IMG/VR virus record: IMGVR_UViG_3300036715_003254
Span: 74,482-138,481 of that record
Strand: one strand, 5' to 3'
DNA length: 64,000 nucleotides
Origin: a virus
The first letter of the stretch is position 1, and each line of letters begins with the position of its first letter. Positions 1-9,484 of this stretch are shown piece after piece. The position numbers were made by a program, and so were the translations under genes. The notes below the pieces were generated by a model. That model made no database searches, was not told the DNA's origin, and saw only the letters and a list, made by a program, of their open reading frames with translations.

Positions 1-3000
1 GAGAAGCAAGAATAGCTTGAGAATATTGACCAACACCATCCATAGAACCAGTGTTACCGGTTCCAACAATAGTTGAAAGAGCGTAACCTGAAGTTGAAAC
101 TCTTCTGATTTTATTTGATTTTGTATCAGCAACATAGATATAATCAGCAGTTGGAGATACACAAAGACCTAGAGGACCATTAAGAGTACCATTAGTACCT
201 GTACTGTTATCAGTAGAACCAGCAGAACCAGAACCAGCAATTGTATAAACAGCACCAGTTTGAGTCATAATTTTTCTGATTTTATTATTACCTGTATCAG
301 TAACATATAGTATATTACCAGATTTATCACAAGTAATATCTGTAGGTGAATAGAAGCTAGCATTTAGACCTGTACCGTCAGTACCACCTATTGCACCAGA
401 AGGAGAACCAGCAAGAGTTGTAGTAGCACCATTTAGTGGATTTACTTTTCTAATTCTTTGGTTACCTGTATCAGCAACATATAGATATTGGTCGTCACAA
501 GTAATGCCTGTTGGTTGGAAGAATGAAACAGCGCTTCCAGTGTTACCATCAACATTATATTGAGGTCTGTTTATACCTGCATTATCTTGATTTAATTGAG
601 AAACAGCATTTAGACCAGTACCAGCTACAGTAGCAACCACCCATTGTGAAAGAGTAGAGTTATAAGTTAGACTTCTAATTTTGTTTGAGTTAGTATCTGC
701 AACATATAGAACGCCGTTTAGTTGAGTAATACCTTGAGGATAGTTAAATGTAGCAGAAAGACCATTTCCATCAAGAGAAGAATTATCTCCAGAACCAGCG
801 ATTGTAGTAACAGTATTATTACTCAAATCTATTTGTCTAATCATATTATTACCAGTATCAGCAACAAATAGTTTTGTATTAGTTTGGTCTAGACAAATAC
901 CTTTAGGAAGGTTAAATGTTGCGCTTGTACCAGCTCCGTTTAGAGAACCGAATTGTCCTGTACCAGCAATAGTAGAAACCACACCAGTAGCAATATCGTA
1001 TTTTCTTATTTTGTTGTTTTTAGTATCAGTAAAGTATACTGTAGTACCATCAGAACATACGCCTCTAGGTTCATTAACTTCTGAAGCCATAAAGTAACCA
1101 GCACCATCAGAGTAAGAAGCATTTCCATCTCCAGCCATAGTAGAAATGAAGAAGTTATTATTTAGCTCAAGTCTTCTTATTGCGTGGTTTGTTGTATCTG
1201 AGAAATATAGACAGTTTGAAGTTGCATCATATTCCATATGTGAAATGACACCAAAACTTGCTGCCATACCAAAGCCGTCAGTAAGATTTGAGTTTCCGTT
1301 TCCGGCTATCAACATAATAGTATTTGTTATTGGGTCATATCTTTTGATTTTATATGTGTTAGCATCAGCTATATAGTAATATCTACCATCATAAGCCGTA
1401 GCAGATACTAGACCAAAAGAAGCAGAATAAGGAATAGAAATACCATCTCCATAAGAAACTATACCAGCACCAGCAAGAAGATTTACTTCTTTTGTTAGAG
1501 TATTAATAGCTCTTATTTTTGAGTTTCCTGTATCAGCAACAAATGCAGTTTTACTGTCTTGAGATACAAAAATATCAAAAGGATTGAAGAATGTTGCTAG
1601 AACACCTATACCATCAGTAGAACCAGCAGTACCTGAACCATAAACTGAGAAAACAGTATTACTTCTAAGGTCTATTACTCTTATTTTGTTGTTATTGACA
1701 TCAGCAACATAAAGTTGTTCAAATCCGTCAAAAGCTATTCCTGAAGGATAGTTAAATGTAGCAGCATTTACTGGACCATCATAAGAACCAGCAGAACCTG
1801 TACCAGCAACAGTAGTTACGCCGAAATTTGCTGATTTTAGATCTATCTTTCTAATTTTGTTAGCAGAAGCATCAGCAACAAAAAGGAATTGATTTGTTTC
1901 GTCTAATGCTAGAGAAGTCAATTGACTGAATGTAGCATTTAGACCTTTTTCAGAGTCTGTAGATCCGAATGTTCCAACAACACCAGCTATAGTAGAAACA
2001 ACATTATTAGTAAGATCTATTCTTCTTACAACATTGTTATTTTGGTCAGCAACATAAGCCATATTTGTTGTTTTATCTATACAGATATCAACAGGACTAG
2101 CAAATTGAGCTGAAGCAATATCTCCGTCAAGATAACCAGCAGAAGAAATACCTGCTACAGTAGTAGCTGAGCCATCAGCAACACTTACTTTTCTTATACA
2201 GTTATTACCCATATCAGCAACATAAATGAAACCTGAATAGTAGAATAGTCCTCTAGGTTGATTGAATTTAACCTTTGAAGCGATTCCATCAACATATCCT
2301 GGAGTTCCACCAATACCGCAAAGAGTAATAGTTTTATTATTTGTTTGGTCTATTTTTCTTATACAGTGATTAGCTGTATCAGCAACATAAACATAAGTAC
2401 CATCGTATGTTACACCTTTCGGAGTATTAAACATAGCTATTTTTTGATCACCTATATCAGTGTCACAGAAAATAGATGTTTGTGAAATATTTCCAGAGAA
2501 TGGTCTTACTTCTCCTGTAGCAACAATATATTTTACTATTGTTCCGACTTGAGTTATATAAAGATCTGTACCATCAGTAGTAACATATCTTGGAGAGTTA
2601 AGTTGAGCATTAGTACCAAATCCAGGTTTAAAACCAGCATTTCCAGAACCAGCAAGAGTTAAAACTTCAAGAGTAGTAAGGTCAAGAACTCTTAGTTTAT
2701 GTTGTGCTTGTTGAACAAAGTAAAGTTTTCCATTCAAATAAGTTATACTTACACCAGATTGAATAGTAGCTGATATTCCTATACCATCTTGAGAACTAGA
2801 AGAACCAGAACCAGCAAGAGTAATTACCTCTCTACTATTTAAATCAATTTGTCTGATTCTACAACCAGCATTTTCTATAACATACAGTTTGTCTGTACCG
2901 TTTGTTGTTATACCATAAGGGTTGTTGAATGAAGCATTTATTCCGAAACCGTCTATTGAAGCATTAGAACCAGAGCCGAAATATGTTTCAGTCATTCCAG

Positions 3001-3196
3001 TATCCATATCAACAGTTCTAATTCTGTGGTTATTAGAATCCGCAATGTACAATTTATTACCAACAATTACTTGAGCTGTTGGAGTATTAAAAAGTGCAGT
3101 TGCAAAAGAACCATCTTTATTAGTGTTAGCTGAATAAAGATTGTTTACTGTTGATTTTGGAACTGAAGGAAAAATTGGAGCAGTGTTTGCACTCAT
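1..3196 (-). CDS. Large NHL-repeat (beta-propeller) protein, probable receptor-binding/structural protein; runs off the window's left edge
   Basis: ATG at 3196 with GGAGA RBS; reads MSANTAPIFPSVPK...LFNTPTAQVIVGNKLYIADSNNHRIRTVD, with many 'FNxPxGI...YVADTGNNxIRKI...VxTxAG' repeats; no stop seen before base 1, so it is absent from the ORF track. Confidence 0.85.
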   Translation of the reverse strand, partial: MSANTAPIFPSVPKSTVNNLYSANTNKDGSFATALFNTPTAQVIVGNKLYIADSNNHRIRTVDMDTGMTETYFGSGSNASIDGFGINASFNNPYGITTNGTDKLYVIENAGCRIRQIDLNSREVITLAGSGSSSSQDGIGISATIQSGVSITYLNGKLYFVQQAQHKLRVLDLTTLEVLTLAGSGNAGFKPGFGTNAQLNSPRYVTTDGTDLYITQVGTIVKYIVATGEVRPFSGNISQTSIFCDTDIGDQKIAMFNTPKGVTYDGTYVYVADTANHCIRKIDQTNNKTITLCGIGGTPGYVDGIASKVKFNQPRGLFYYSGFIYVADMGNNCIRKVSVADGSATTVAGISSAGYLDGDIASAQFASPVDICIDKTTNMAYVADQNNNVVRRIDLTNNVVSTIAGVVGTFGSTDSEKGLNATFSQLTSLALDETNQFLFVADASANKIRKIDLKSANFGVTTVAGTGSAGSYDGPVNAATFNYPSGIAFDGFEQLYVADVNNNKIRVIDLRSNTVFSVYGSGTAGSTDGIGVLATFFNPFDIFVSQDSKTAFVADTGNSKIRAINTLTKEVNLLAGAGIVSYGDGISIPYSASFGLVSATAYDGRYYYIADANTYKIKRYDPITNTIMLIAGNGNSNLTDGFGMAASFGVISHMEYDATSNCLYFSDTTNHAIRRLELNNNFFISTMAGDGNASYSDGAGYFMASEVNEPRGVCSDGTTVYFTDTKNNKIRKYDIATGVVSTIAGTGQFGSLNGAGTSATFNLPKGICLDQTNTKLFVADTGNNMIRQIDLSNNTVTTIAGSGDNSSLDGNGLSATFNYPQGITQLNGVLYVADTNSNKIRSLTYNSTLSQWVVATVAGTGLNAVSQLNQDNAGINRPQYNVDGNTGSAVSFFQPTGITCDDQYLYVADTGNQRIRKVNPLNGATTTLAGSPSGAIGGTDGTGLNASFYSPTDITCDKSGNILYVTDTGNNKIRKIMTQTGAVYTIAGSGSAGSTDNSTGTNGTLNGPLGLCVSPTADYIYVADTKSNKIRRVSTSGYALSTIVGTGNTGSMDGVGQYSQAILAS

Positions 3197-3222
3197 ATAT
3201 ATTTTTCTCCTATAAAGTTAAG

Positions 3223-3633
3223 TTAAAAACCACCATAATTGGTAGCAAGAAGTTTGTTTACCGTCATTGAACTGTTTACAACATTTTGATACTCTTCTCC
3301 AAGACCTATTTTCTCCCATTCGTTTTTATTCAATACATTTAGTGTAGTATTAGTAGAATTGATTTTTTTATAAATCGCTCCATCAAAGACTACTAGAGTA
3401 TTTACTCTATAAAATGTATTTGGTTTAAAAAATGGGATAGAAGTTTGAATAAAAGAAGTACCAGCATCAATTGCGTCGCCTAAAGTAGTGTCACCATTTA
3501 GACCAGCGTTTGAAATTTTTTGATAAGTACAGCCTGACGATACAACAAATATCAACTTACCATTAGGAATTTTATTAATTCCTGTTTCAGTATGATCTTT
3601 GAGATACCAAATTGGTTCTACATTGTATGTCAT
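3223..3633 (-). CDS. Tail-fibre-associated protein with shared N-terminal anchor domain
   Basis: N-terminus (YNxxPIW...TGINKIP) homologous to the ORFs at 4181-5293 and 7852-9276. Confidence 0.6.
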   Translation of the reverse strand: MTYNVEPIWYLKDHTETGINKIPNGKLIFVVSSGCTYQKISNAGLNGDTTLGDAIDAGTSFIQTSIPFFKPNTFYRVNTLVVFDGAIYKKINSTNTTLNVLNKNEWEKIGLGEEYQNVVNSSMTVNKLLATNYGGF

Positions 3634-3656
3634 TTATTTACCTACCCTAGAGTTTT

Positions 3657-3710
3657 TTGCGTTACTTGGTATGTCACATTCCGTAAGGAGTTTAACGCAA
3701 TATATTTATT
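3657..3710 (-). promoter_or_regulatory. Late promoter (AATAAATA) plus conserved structured 5' leader, copy A
   Basis: 21-nt core identical to 9311-9331; closing stem TTGCGTTA/TAACGCAA. Confidence 0.6.
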
Positions 3711-3787
3711 TTGTAGGTTTGATTACACTAAAATTTTTAATAAATAAAAGACACAAACTTTGTTTGTTCGTGTCAATCTTTTAATTT

Positions 3788-4081
3788 TTATACGCCCCAA
3801 ATACCATAAGCTCTAAATACAACTCCGGCAGCAGAAGCACTTACTATAACACTCTCTCCAGAAACTACTATAAGATCTGTTCTTTCTAAAGTATCGTTTG
3901 CCGATATTGTTGTTCCTGATTCTATTTTATCTCCGCCTATAGTTATATTAATAGTAACAGAATCAGAAGTCGTATTACAAACATTTATAGCCATAGTAGC
4001 AGTTTTACCTACAGGCACTTTACACAAAACTGTATCTGTATTCGCCGCAGGTATTACACTTCCAAATTTTATTCCAGCCAT
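3788..4081 (-). CDS. Small beta-rich virion protein
   Basis: Strong RBS (AGGAGG), TATAAATA late promoter at ~4109-4116, lies in the fibre cluster. Confidence 0.55.
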   Translation of the reverse strand: MAGIKFGSVIPAANTDTVLCKVPVGKTATMAINVCNTTSDSVTINITIGGDKIESGTTISANDTLERTDLIVVSGESVIVSASAAGVVFRAYGIWGV

Positions 4082-4180
4082 TTTTATTTCCTCCTTTAGT
4101 TTTAATATTATTTATAAAATATGACCTTCAAACCTACTACTGTAAAAGTAGTAGGCTTTGAGCTTATATTTTAAACTCTA

Positions 4181-5293
4181 TTAAAATATACTTTCTATTG
4201 CTATTTCATCACCTTTAGATAGAGCATCATTGAATGTTAAAGTAGTTCCATCTACAGACCAGTTTGAAGAAGCAAATCTAATACCGTTTTTATACACTAC
4301 AAAATAAGAACCTTTTGGTCCATTTAGAGTGACTTTAGTTTGTCCATCGTCGGCTACTAATTCTTGAATATACGTAGGTATTGTACCGCCTGCAGTTATT
4401 AGACCTTTGCTGTTGACTGTAACTGAAGTATAAGTACCGGCTGTAACCACATTAGGTAGTGTAGCTGTAGCGCTAATATCACTTGAACCGTCAAAGGCCG
4501 GTGTAGTAAAGGAAATATCGCCAGTAACAGTTAAAACTCTACCAGTAGCCAATTTAGTCGCAGGAGTACTAGAAATAGCGCTAGTAACAAATTTTGTGGT
4601 GGCAATTTGATCTGTATTTGTTCCCGAATCGGCAGTTGGTGCAGTTGGTGTTCCTGTTAGAGCAGGAGACGCCAATGGAGCTTTAGTACCAACAACAGCA
4701 GTTAAAGCAGCGGCAGCTGACTCATCATTTGCTAGTTGGTCGGCTATTTCTTTTAGTGTATCTAGTGTTGCCGGTGCGGAATTTACTAGATTAGCAATTG
4801 CTGTATCTGTATAAGACTTAGATGATGCTAATGTAGAAGTATCTTTACCATCTACTTCAGTTTTAGTATAAGCATCAGTAATACCGTAACCAGCAATAGT
4901 TGTAGGTTTATTTAGTATTTGAGCCGCACCACTAGATGCAGTCCAATCAGAGCTTACTTGCGGTCTAGCATTATAGAAAGGTTGAGAACTTATCCAAGTT
5001 TTTGTGTCAGCGATAGCACCAGTAACGAAAGCTGTAGTAGCGATTTGGTCTGTATTTGTTCCAGCTGGAGCAGTTGGAGCGGTAGGAGTGTCGCCGCCAG
5101 CAATACATTTAAAAACGCTTGAGTTATTTATAACATCAGATATTTTAGTATCAGCTGTTATATTATCGTTACTTATTTTTGTAAAGAATTGTTTAGTACT
5201 CTGAATGTATATTAGTTTAAGCAGAGGTACTTTGTTTATACCTGTTTGATTTACATCATTAAAATACCAAACTGGCGATAAATTGTAAGACAT
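4181..5293 (-). CDS. Tail fibre protein
   Basis: Two TPTAPTAxxGTNTDQIATTxFV repeats, SAPATLDTLKEIADQL, GTYTSVTVNSKGLITAG: typical tail-fibre motifs. Confidence 0.85.
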   Translation of the reverse strand: MSYNLSPVWYFNDVNQTGINKVPLLKLIYIQSTKQFFTKISNDNITADTKISDVINNSSVFKCIAGGDTPTAPTAPAGTNTDQIATTAFVTGAIADTKTWISSQPFYNARPQVSSDWTASSGAAQILNKPTTIAGYGITDAYTKTEVDGKDTSTLASSKSYTDTAIANLVNSAPATLDTLKEIADQLANDESAAAALTAVVGTKAPLASPALTGTPTAPTADSGTNTDQIATTKFVTSAISSTPATKLATGRVLTVTGDISFTTPAFDGSSDISATATLPNVVTAGTYTSVTVNSKGLITAGGTIPTYIQELVADDGQTKVTLNGPKGSYFVVYKNGIRFASSNWSVDGTTLTFNDALSKGDEIAIESIF

Positions 5294-5482
5294 TGTTATT
5301 CTCCTTTTTAAATATAACTTAAAACCTATTAAATATTAGGATTCTAGTTTATATATTTATTGTTCTGATGTCTTCAGTTAACGAGAGTTTTATTAAAGTA
5401 AGACAAAGTGTTTTGATTTTATTGTCTATAATTAGAAGAAAGAATATATAAACCAGTCAACTCCGTTTTATGGAGTGATAGT

Positions 5483-5755
5483 TTACTTATCTTCAACAAG
5501 CAATACTGTATCTTTACTGTATGGAACAATAGGTTTGAAATAAGGTTTTAAGTAAAAGTTTACTACTTTTCCTTTGTGTTCACCATAACAAAGCTTTGCT
5601 GTACCTATATACGCACCATCTTTTATTTCACAAGACTGTACTACAGCATAATGTGTTCCTACTCTATCGTTTTTCCAGTCAACCCAATTTTGGTAATTAG
5701 TTGAGCAACCTGTTAATCCTAAAAGTACAAAAAAACCGATTATTAACTTTTTCAT
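5483..5755 (-). CDS. Lipoprotein
   Basis: Signal peptide with lipobox LTGC. Confidence 0.7.
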   Translation of the reverse strand: MKKLIIGFFVLLGLTGCSTNYQNWVDWKNDRVGTHYAVVQSCEIKDGAYIGTAKLCYGEHKGKVVNFYLKPYFKPIVPYSKDTVLLVEDK

Positions 5756-5771
5756 TGTTTAATCCTTTTTA

Positions 5772-6119
5772 TTAAAATTTCCAACTAAACTGCGCAGTAA
5801 TAGCGCTTCCTAATACAGAACCAACTGTGTCAGCATAAACATCGTGAATATCTTCTGTTCCGTGACCTGCTGCATCCCATTTCTCTTTAGCAATTCCCAC
5901 CAAAAGCCCAGAAGCGACACCGATAGCAAAAGCTTCAAACTTATTAGCTCCATAGTATCGAGCTAATGCAGTAGCAGTTCCGCTAATAGCAGCAGTGGCA
6001 GCGATATGTTTTTGCTTATCTTTTTGCTGAAAAAATGGTTCATCAGCGAAAAGCGAAGAAGAAAAAAATATTATCATTATTATTGTTTTTGATAAATTTC
6101 TCAACACAGTTTTAATCAT
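5772..6119 (-). CDS. YfiM/DUF2279-like membrane protein
   Basis: Signal peptide, DKxxH motif, GxAKExWD and DxxADxxG motifs. Confidence 0.6.
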   Translation of the reverse strand: MIKTVLRNLSKTIIMIIFFSSSLFADEPFFQQKDKQKHIAATAAISGTATALARYYGANKFEAFAIGVASGLLVGIAKEKWDAAGHGTEDIHDVYADTVGSVLGSAITAQFSWKF

Positions 6120-6314
6120 AGCTAAATTCTCCTATTTTTGAAATATGAAGCGCTTTTTAGTATTTTAATCGCATTTTTATAAACTTTTTTCGAATTCTAT
6201 TTTTCATATAACTATAAGAATTAGTTCAACTAAACTTCTATATAAAATTTTTAATATAGTTTAAAATATTTATATCTATTCATTTGATATTATTTAGCGA
6301 TATTTTCTCTTTTA

Positions 6315-6423
6315 TTATAATTAGTCAATAGTCAAAACAGAAAATTATCAAATAATTATTGATAATTTAATGTGCTTATATCACCGTCCTAAAGGACGGT
6401 GTTTTACGCACAAAATGGATAAA
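6315..6423 (-). mobile_element. Isolated IS200/IS605-type left end preceded by TTTAT
   Basis: Minus strand TTTAT-CCATTTTGTGCGTAAAACACCGTCCTTTAGGACGGTGATATAAGCAC (subterminal hairpin); the adjoining sequence matches 27260-27345 and 23420-23449. Confidence 0.6.
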
Positions 6424-6480
6424 TAATCTCACACTCTGCTTTCTTTTTCTATAAGTCCAAGATCACTATGTCCGTAGGTA

Positions 6481-6792
6481 TTAGACGTTCGTACCACCAA
6501 ACTTTTTTTGTAGTGACTTATAGACACTTACATAGCCTCTTTCATCTGCTGAGTAAGGAACTTGATAATTGAACTCTTCTATCTTATTGAATACCTGTCT
6601 AGTAGTGGCTTCCTGAGCTGGTATGTTAAGCTCAGCATTTGCCGGCACTGCAGGTACAGCTTCTGTAGTAATGTTATAAACACCAACTAAACTATTCCAC
6701 CCTTCTCGTTTGCTTCCAAACAGTCTATCGATTCTGATATAAGCATCTTTTACTTCTATGCCATTGAAGTTGTAATTTGTTTGTATTGCCAT
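6481..6792 (-). CDS. Tail-fibre-associated small protein
   Basis: ORF with RBS directly after the fibre genes; GIEVKDAYIRID motif. Confidence 0.5.
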   Translation of the reverse strand: MAIQTNYNFNGIEVKDAYIRIDRLFGSKREGWNSLVGVYNITTEAVPAVPANAELNIPAQEATTRQVFNKIEEFNYQVPYSADERGYVSVYKSLQKKFGGTNV

Positions 6793-6805
6793 TTTATTTT
6801 CCTTT

Positions 6806-7459
6806 TTATAGTATTTTTTGTACTGTACAAGTGCAACTTACTTTATCACTTGATGATGATTGAACTGATAATCTTTTTTGATTCCCGAAGTAAAATGTGT
6901 AACTAGGTTCATTATTCTCCGTCTTATATGTAGACTTATTTACACCAACTATTTGAATATCCTCTGAAGAAGAGGCATCAAAATGAACCGCAAAAACAAA
7001 TGAAAAAACTTGCTCATAAGCAACATTATAAATGTCAAACCCGCGAACATTGGCGATATACGTTCCTCCTGATAAAGCTGGGGAAATAAATTGTTTTGAA
7101 CTACAATCAGCATCGGATAATGTAGAAATTATTGGAGTAAATAAATTGCTAGCGCTTATACTTCCATTAACCTGTAACTTATCAACACCATTATCTGTTG
7201 TTGTTCCTACTAATAAATTAACACCAGTGTCATATACAACACTATTTGAATTAATAGTTACTATGTGTTTTCCATTACAAGCAATACCGATATTGCCTTC
7301 TGCAATATGGTAGAAACCTGTATCATTTGAACTATCATTTTGAAATACTAGTCCTGGGGCGATATTCGTACCTTCCGGAATAAAAACCTGACCAGTAAAT
7401 ACTGGCGAGTTGATGTTTGCTTTTACATCATTAAGCTTATCTAGTGAATACTTAATCAT
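6806..7459 (-). CDS. Tail fibre-like protein
   Basis: SPVFTG, APGLVFxND-DTGFYH, LLVGTTTDNGVDKLQVNGSI fibre motifs. Confidence 0.7.
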   Translation of the reverse strand: MIKYSLDKLNDVKANINSPVFTGQVFIPEGTNIAPGLVFQNDSSNDTGFYHIAEGNIGIACNGKHIVTINSNSVVYDTGVNLLVGTTTDNGVDKLQVNGSISASNLFTPIISTLSDADCSSKQFISPALSGGTYIANVRGFDIYNVAYEQVFSFVFAVHFDASSSEDIQIVGVNKSTYKTENNEPSYTFYFGNQKRLSVQSSSSDKVSCTCTVQKIL

Positions 7460-7818
7460 AGTGCGAATTCTCCTATTTTTTGGGGTCTAAAGTATTGTTT
7501 GGTATTCCCATCCATATCTTTATAGCTTATTGGCACATCATATGGGTACACAGATTTATATATAGCAAGAGCTTTATCGTTAGCAAACAGCTCTTCATAT
7601 GTTCCAAGCACCTGTATTGACTTCATAGTCTTTACAAAAGCTAATTCCTCATCTGTAAGAATTGATAGAGCCAAGCTCCCATTTTCGTTTTTAATGACTG
7701 GTGTGGTTTGGACATTCCACCCAGTTACATTCCCTTCTCCATCTTTAACTTTATAGCTATCTGGAAGTTCATCCATAAAAGCTTTAGTATCTTTACAATA
7801 CGTTATTACGTAATTCAT
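7456..7818 (-). CDS. Hypothetical protein, possibly fibre assembly partner
   Basis: ORF coupled to fibre genes. Confidence 0.5.
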   Translation of the reverse strand: MNYVITYCKDTKAFMDELPDSYKVKDGEGNVTGWNVQTTPVIKNENGSLALSILTDEELAFVKTMKSIQVLGTYEELFANDKALAIYKSVYPYDVPISYKDMDGNTKQYFRPQKIGEFAL

Positions 7819-7851
7819 TTGTTTCTCCTAAGGGTTTTATTGTTTATCAAA

Positions 7852-9276
7852 CTATGCAAGCGATACTTCGTATGCAGTTAATGCTCTATCATAAATTCGC
7901 AAATTTGTAATATGACCATACCAAAGTCTTCCTATCATAATACTAGAAGCAGTATCGCCTAAGTCGTTATATTGTTGTAATCTAGATTCTTTAGCCAATA
8001 ATACTCCATTTTTGTAAATACTAGTTTGATTGTTTTTACTATCAGAAATTGCACAAATCCTTTTAGTAACAGTATCAAATGGAATATATGTATAAGCCAG
8101 CATATTAGTATTTTTACCACCGTGACAATGAAAATCAGTACCATCTCCGTAGCCAAATATCAACGCGCCGTCGCCATTACTATTAATTGCGATTATAGAG
8201 CTCCAATCGCCGTCTTTTTTTCCTTTTATATCAAAGTCAGCAATAACGGTTCTCGAATCATATACGGACGGAAAGTTACCTTCTAGAGTGGCACTCAACA
8301 TATCAGCTGCTCTAGTAACAGTGCTAGAAGTTGTAGAAATATAGGATGTAGTAAATGGCAACGCTTCTAATTGTGCTCCATAGATGTTTACACCATTTCC
8401 TGTTTTATCTGTCGAAGAGTAGCTGTATATAACATTAACATATTTACGGTCAGAGGTAGTGACAGTGAAAGTCATACTAAGTCTTACCCACCCATTAGCT
8501 AATATTTGTACATTTTTATCTTGTAGGTTATTGTTTTGATCTGTTAAAACTCCTGTGTCGAAGTTATAACTCAAATCACGTGAAGTACCGTCTGAGAAGA
8601 AAAATGACGGATACATTATTCTTATTATAGAGTCTTCTGCTTTTTGAGCAAATATAGAAGCAGTATATGTTGTCCCAGCAGTTAACGAAAAATATGAAAT
8701 ATATATATTTTCCTCTGACCCAGTTGTAGTTTTATAAAAATGATAAGCAGAGTTTGCTACACCGTCAGGACCAGTAACATTTTGAGTAATAGCAGAATTT
8801 TGAGTACTCCATTGTTCGAATTGGTTTGAATAAGAAAATAGATTCGTACTATTACCTTCGTTCAAATAACCTTCTTTTTCAAATCTAGGTACATCTATAC
8901 CAGCTGTTTTTAGAACACCATATCTATCTATATAAGTAGCAGTTGAAGCTCTTGAGAATGTAACACTACCTGTACCAGACCTCATAGCCAAAGAGTTTTT
9001 TAGTGGAAGATCTAGCAAAGGATTATGGATATTACCAATAGCCATTTGAAGATCAGAATTGTTAGCTTTTAGGTCAACTTCTGCTGCATTCTTAAAATTA
9101 CTCGGATTTCTTAAAAGGTCAGTTACAGTAGAAGTACTTGTTAAACCGTCATTACTTAACTTTTTAAACATTTTTCCAGTACTTTGGATATGTATTAACC
9201 TGTTTAGAGGCACTTTGTCAATGCCAGTTTGATTTACATCAGAAAATTCCCAAATGGGAGATTTGTTATATGCCAT
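7852..9276 (-). CDS. Fibre/spike protein with carbohydrate-binding/LamG-like C-terminus
   Basis: True start likely MAYNKS at 9276 (GGAAGG RBS); FSRASTATYID...PRFE, GAQLE..TSYI.T...VTRAAD, GHITNLRIYDRALT motifs. Confidence 0.75.
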   Translation of the reverse strand: MAYNKSPIWEFSDVNQTGIDKVPLNRLIHIQSTGKMFKKLSNDGLTSTSTVTDLLRNPSNFKNAAEVDLKANNSDLQMAIGNIHNPLLDLPLKNSLAMRSGTGSVTFSRASTATYIDRYGVLKTAGIDVPRFEKEGYLNEGNSTNLFSYSNQFEQWSTQNSAITQNVTGPDGVANSAYHFYKTTTGSEENIYISYFSLTAGTTYTASIFAQKAEDSIIRIMYPSFFFSDGTSRDLSYNFDTGVLTDQNNNLQDKNVQILANGWVRLSMTFTVTTSDRKYVNVIYSYSSTDKTGNGVNIYGAQLEALPFTTSYISTTSSTVTRAADMLSATLEGNFPSVYDSRTVIADFDIKGKKDGDWSSIIAINSNGDGALIFGYGDGTDFHCHGGKNTNMLAYTYIPFDTVTKRICAISDSKNNQTSIYKNGVLLAKESRLQQYNDLGDTASSIMIGRLWYGHITNLRIYDRALTAYEVSLA

Positions 9277-9300
9277 TTTATTTCCTTCCTCAAAAATTTT

Positions 9301-9357
9301 TCGCGTCGCGACTTGGTATGTCACATTCCGTGAGGAATTTTACGCGATATATTTATT
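9301..9357 (-). promoter_or_regulatory. Late promoter plus conserved structured 5' leader, copy B
   Basis: TCGCGT/ACGCGA closing stem, ATTCC/GGAAT and GTGAC/GTCGC inner helices; core shared with copy A. Confidence 0.6.
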
Positions 9358-9484
9358 ATACTATAATTGAGTTTAAAGATTTATCAATAAATAAATTCGG
9401 CAAAGACCCCAACTAAGACTTGGGCGCAGAACTTGTCATTCTGCTTAAAACTTTGACCCTTGACAATTATAAGGAAATATAAAA

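Noticed and set aside
1146-1376. 76-aa plus-strand ORF (and the many similar short antisense ORFs)
   Set aside because: Antisense shadows of long, motif-supported genes.
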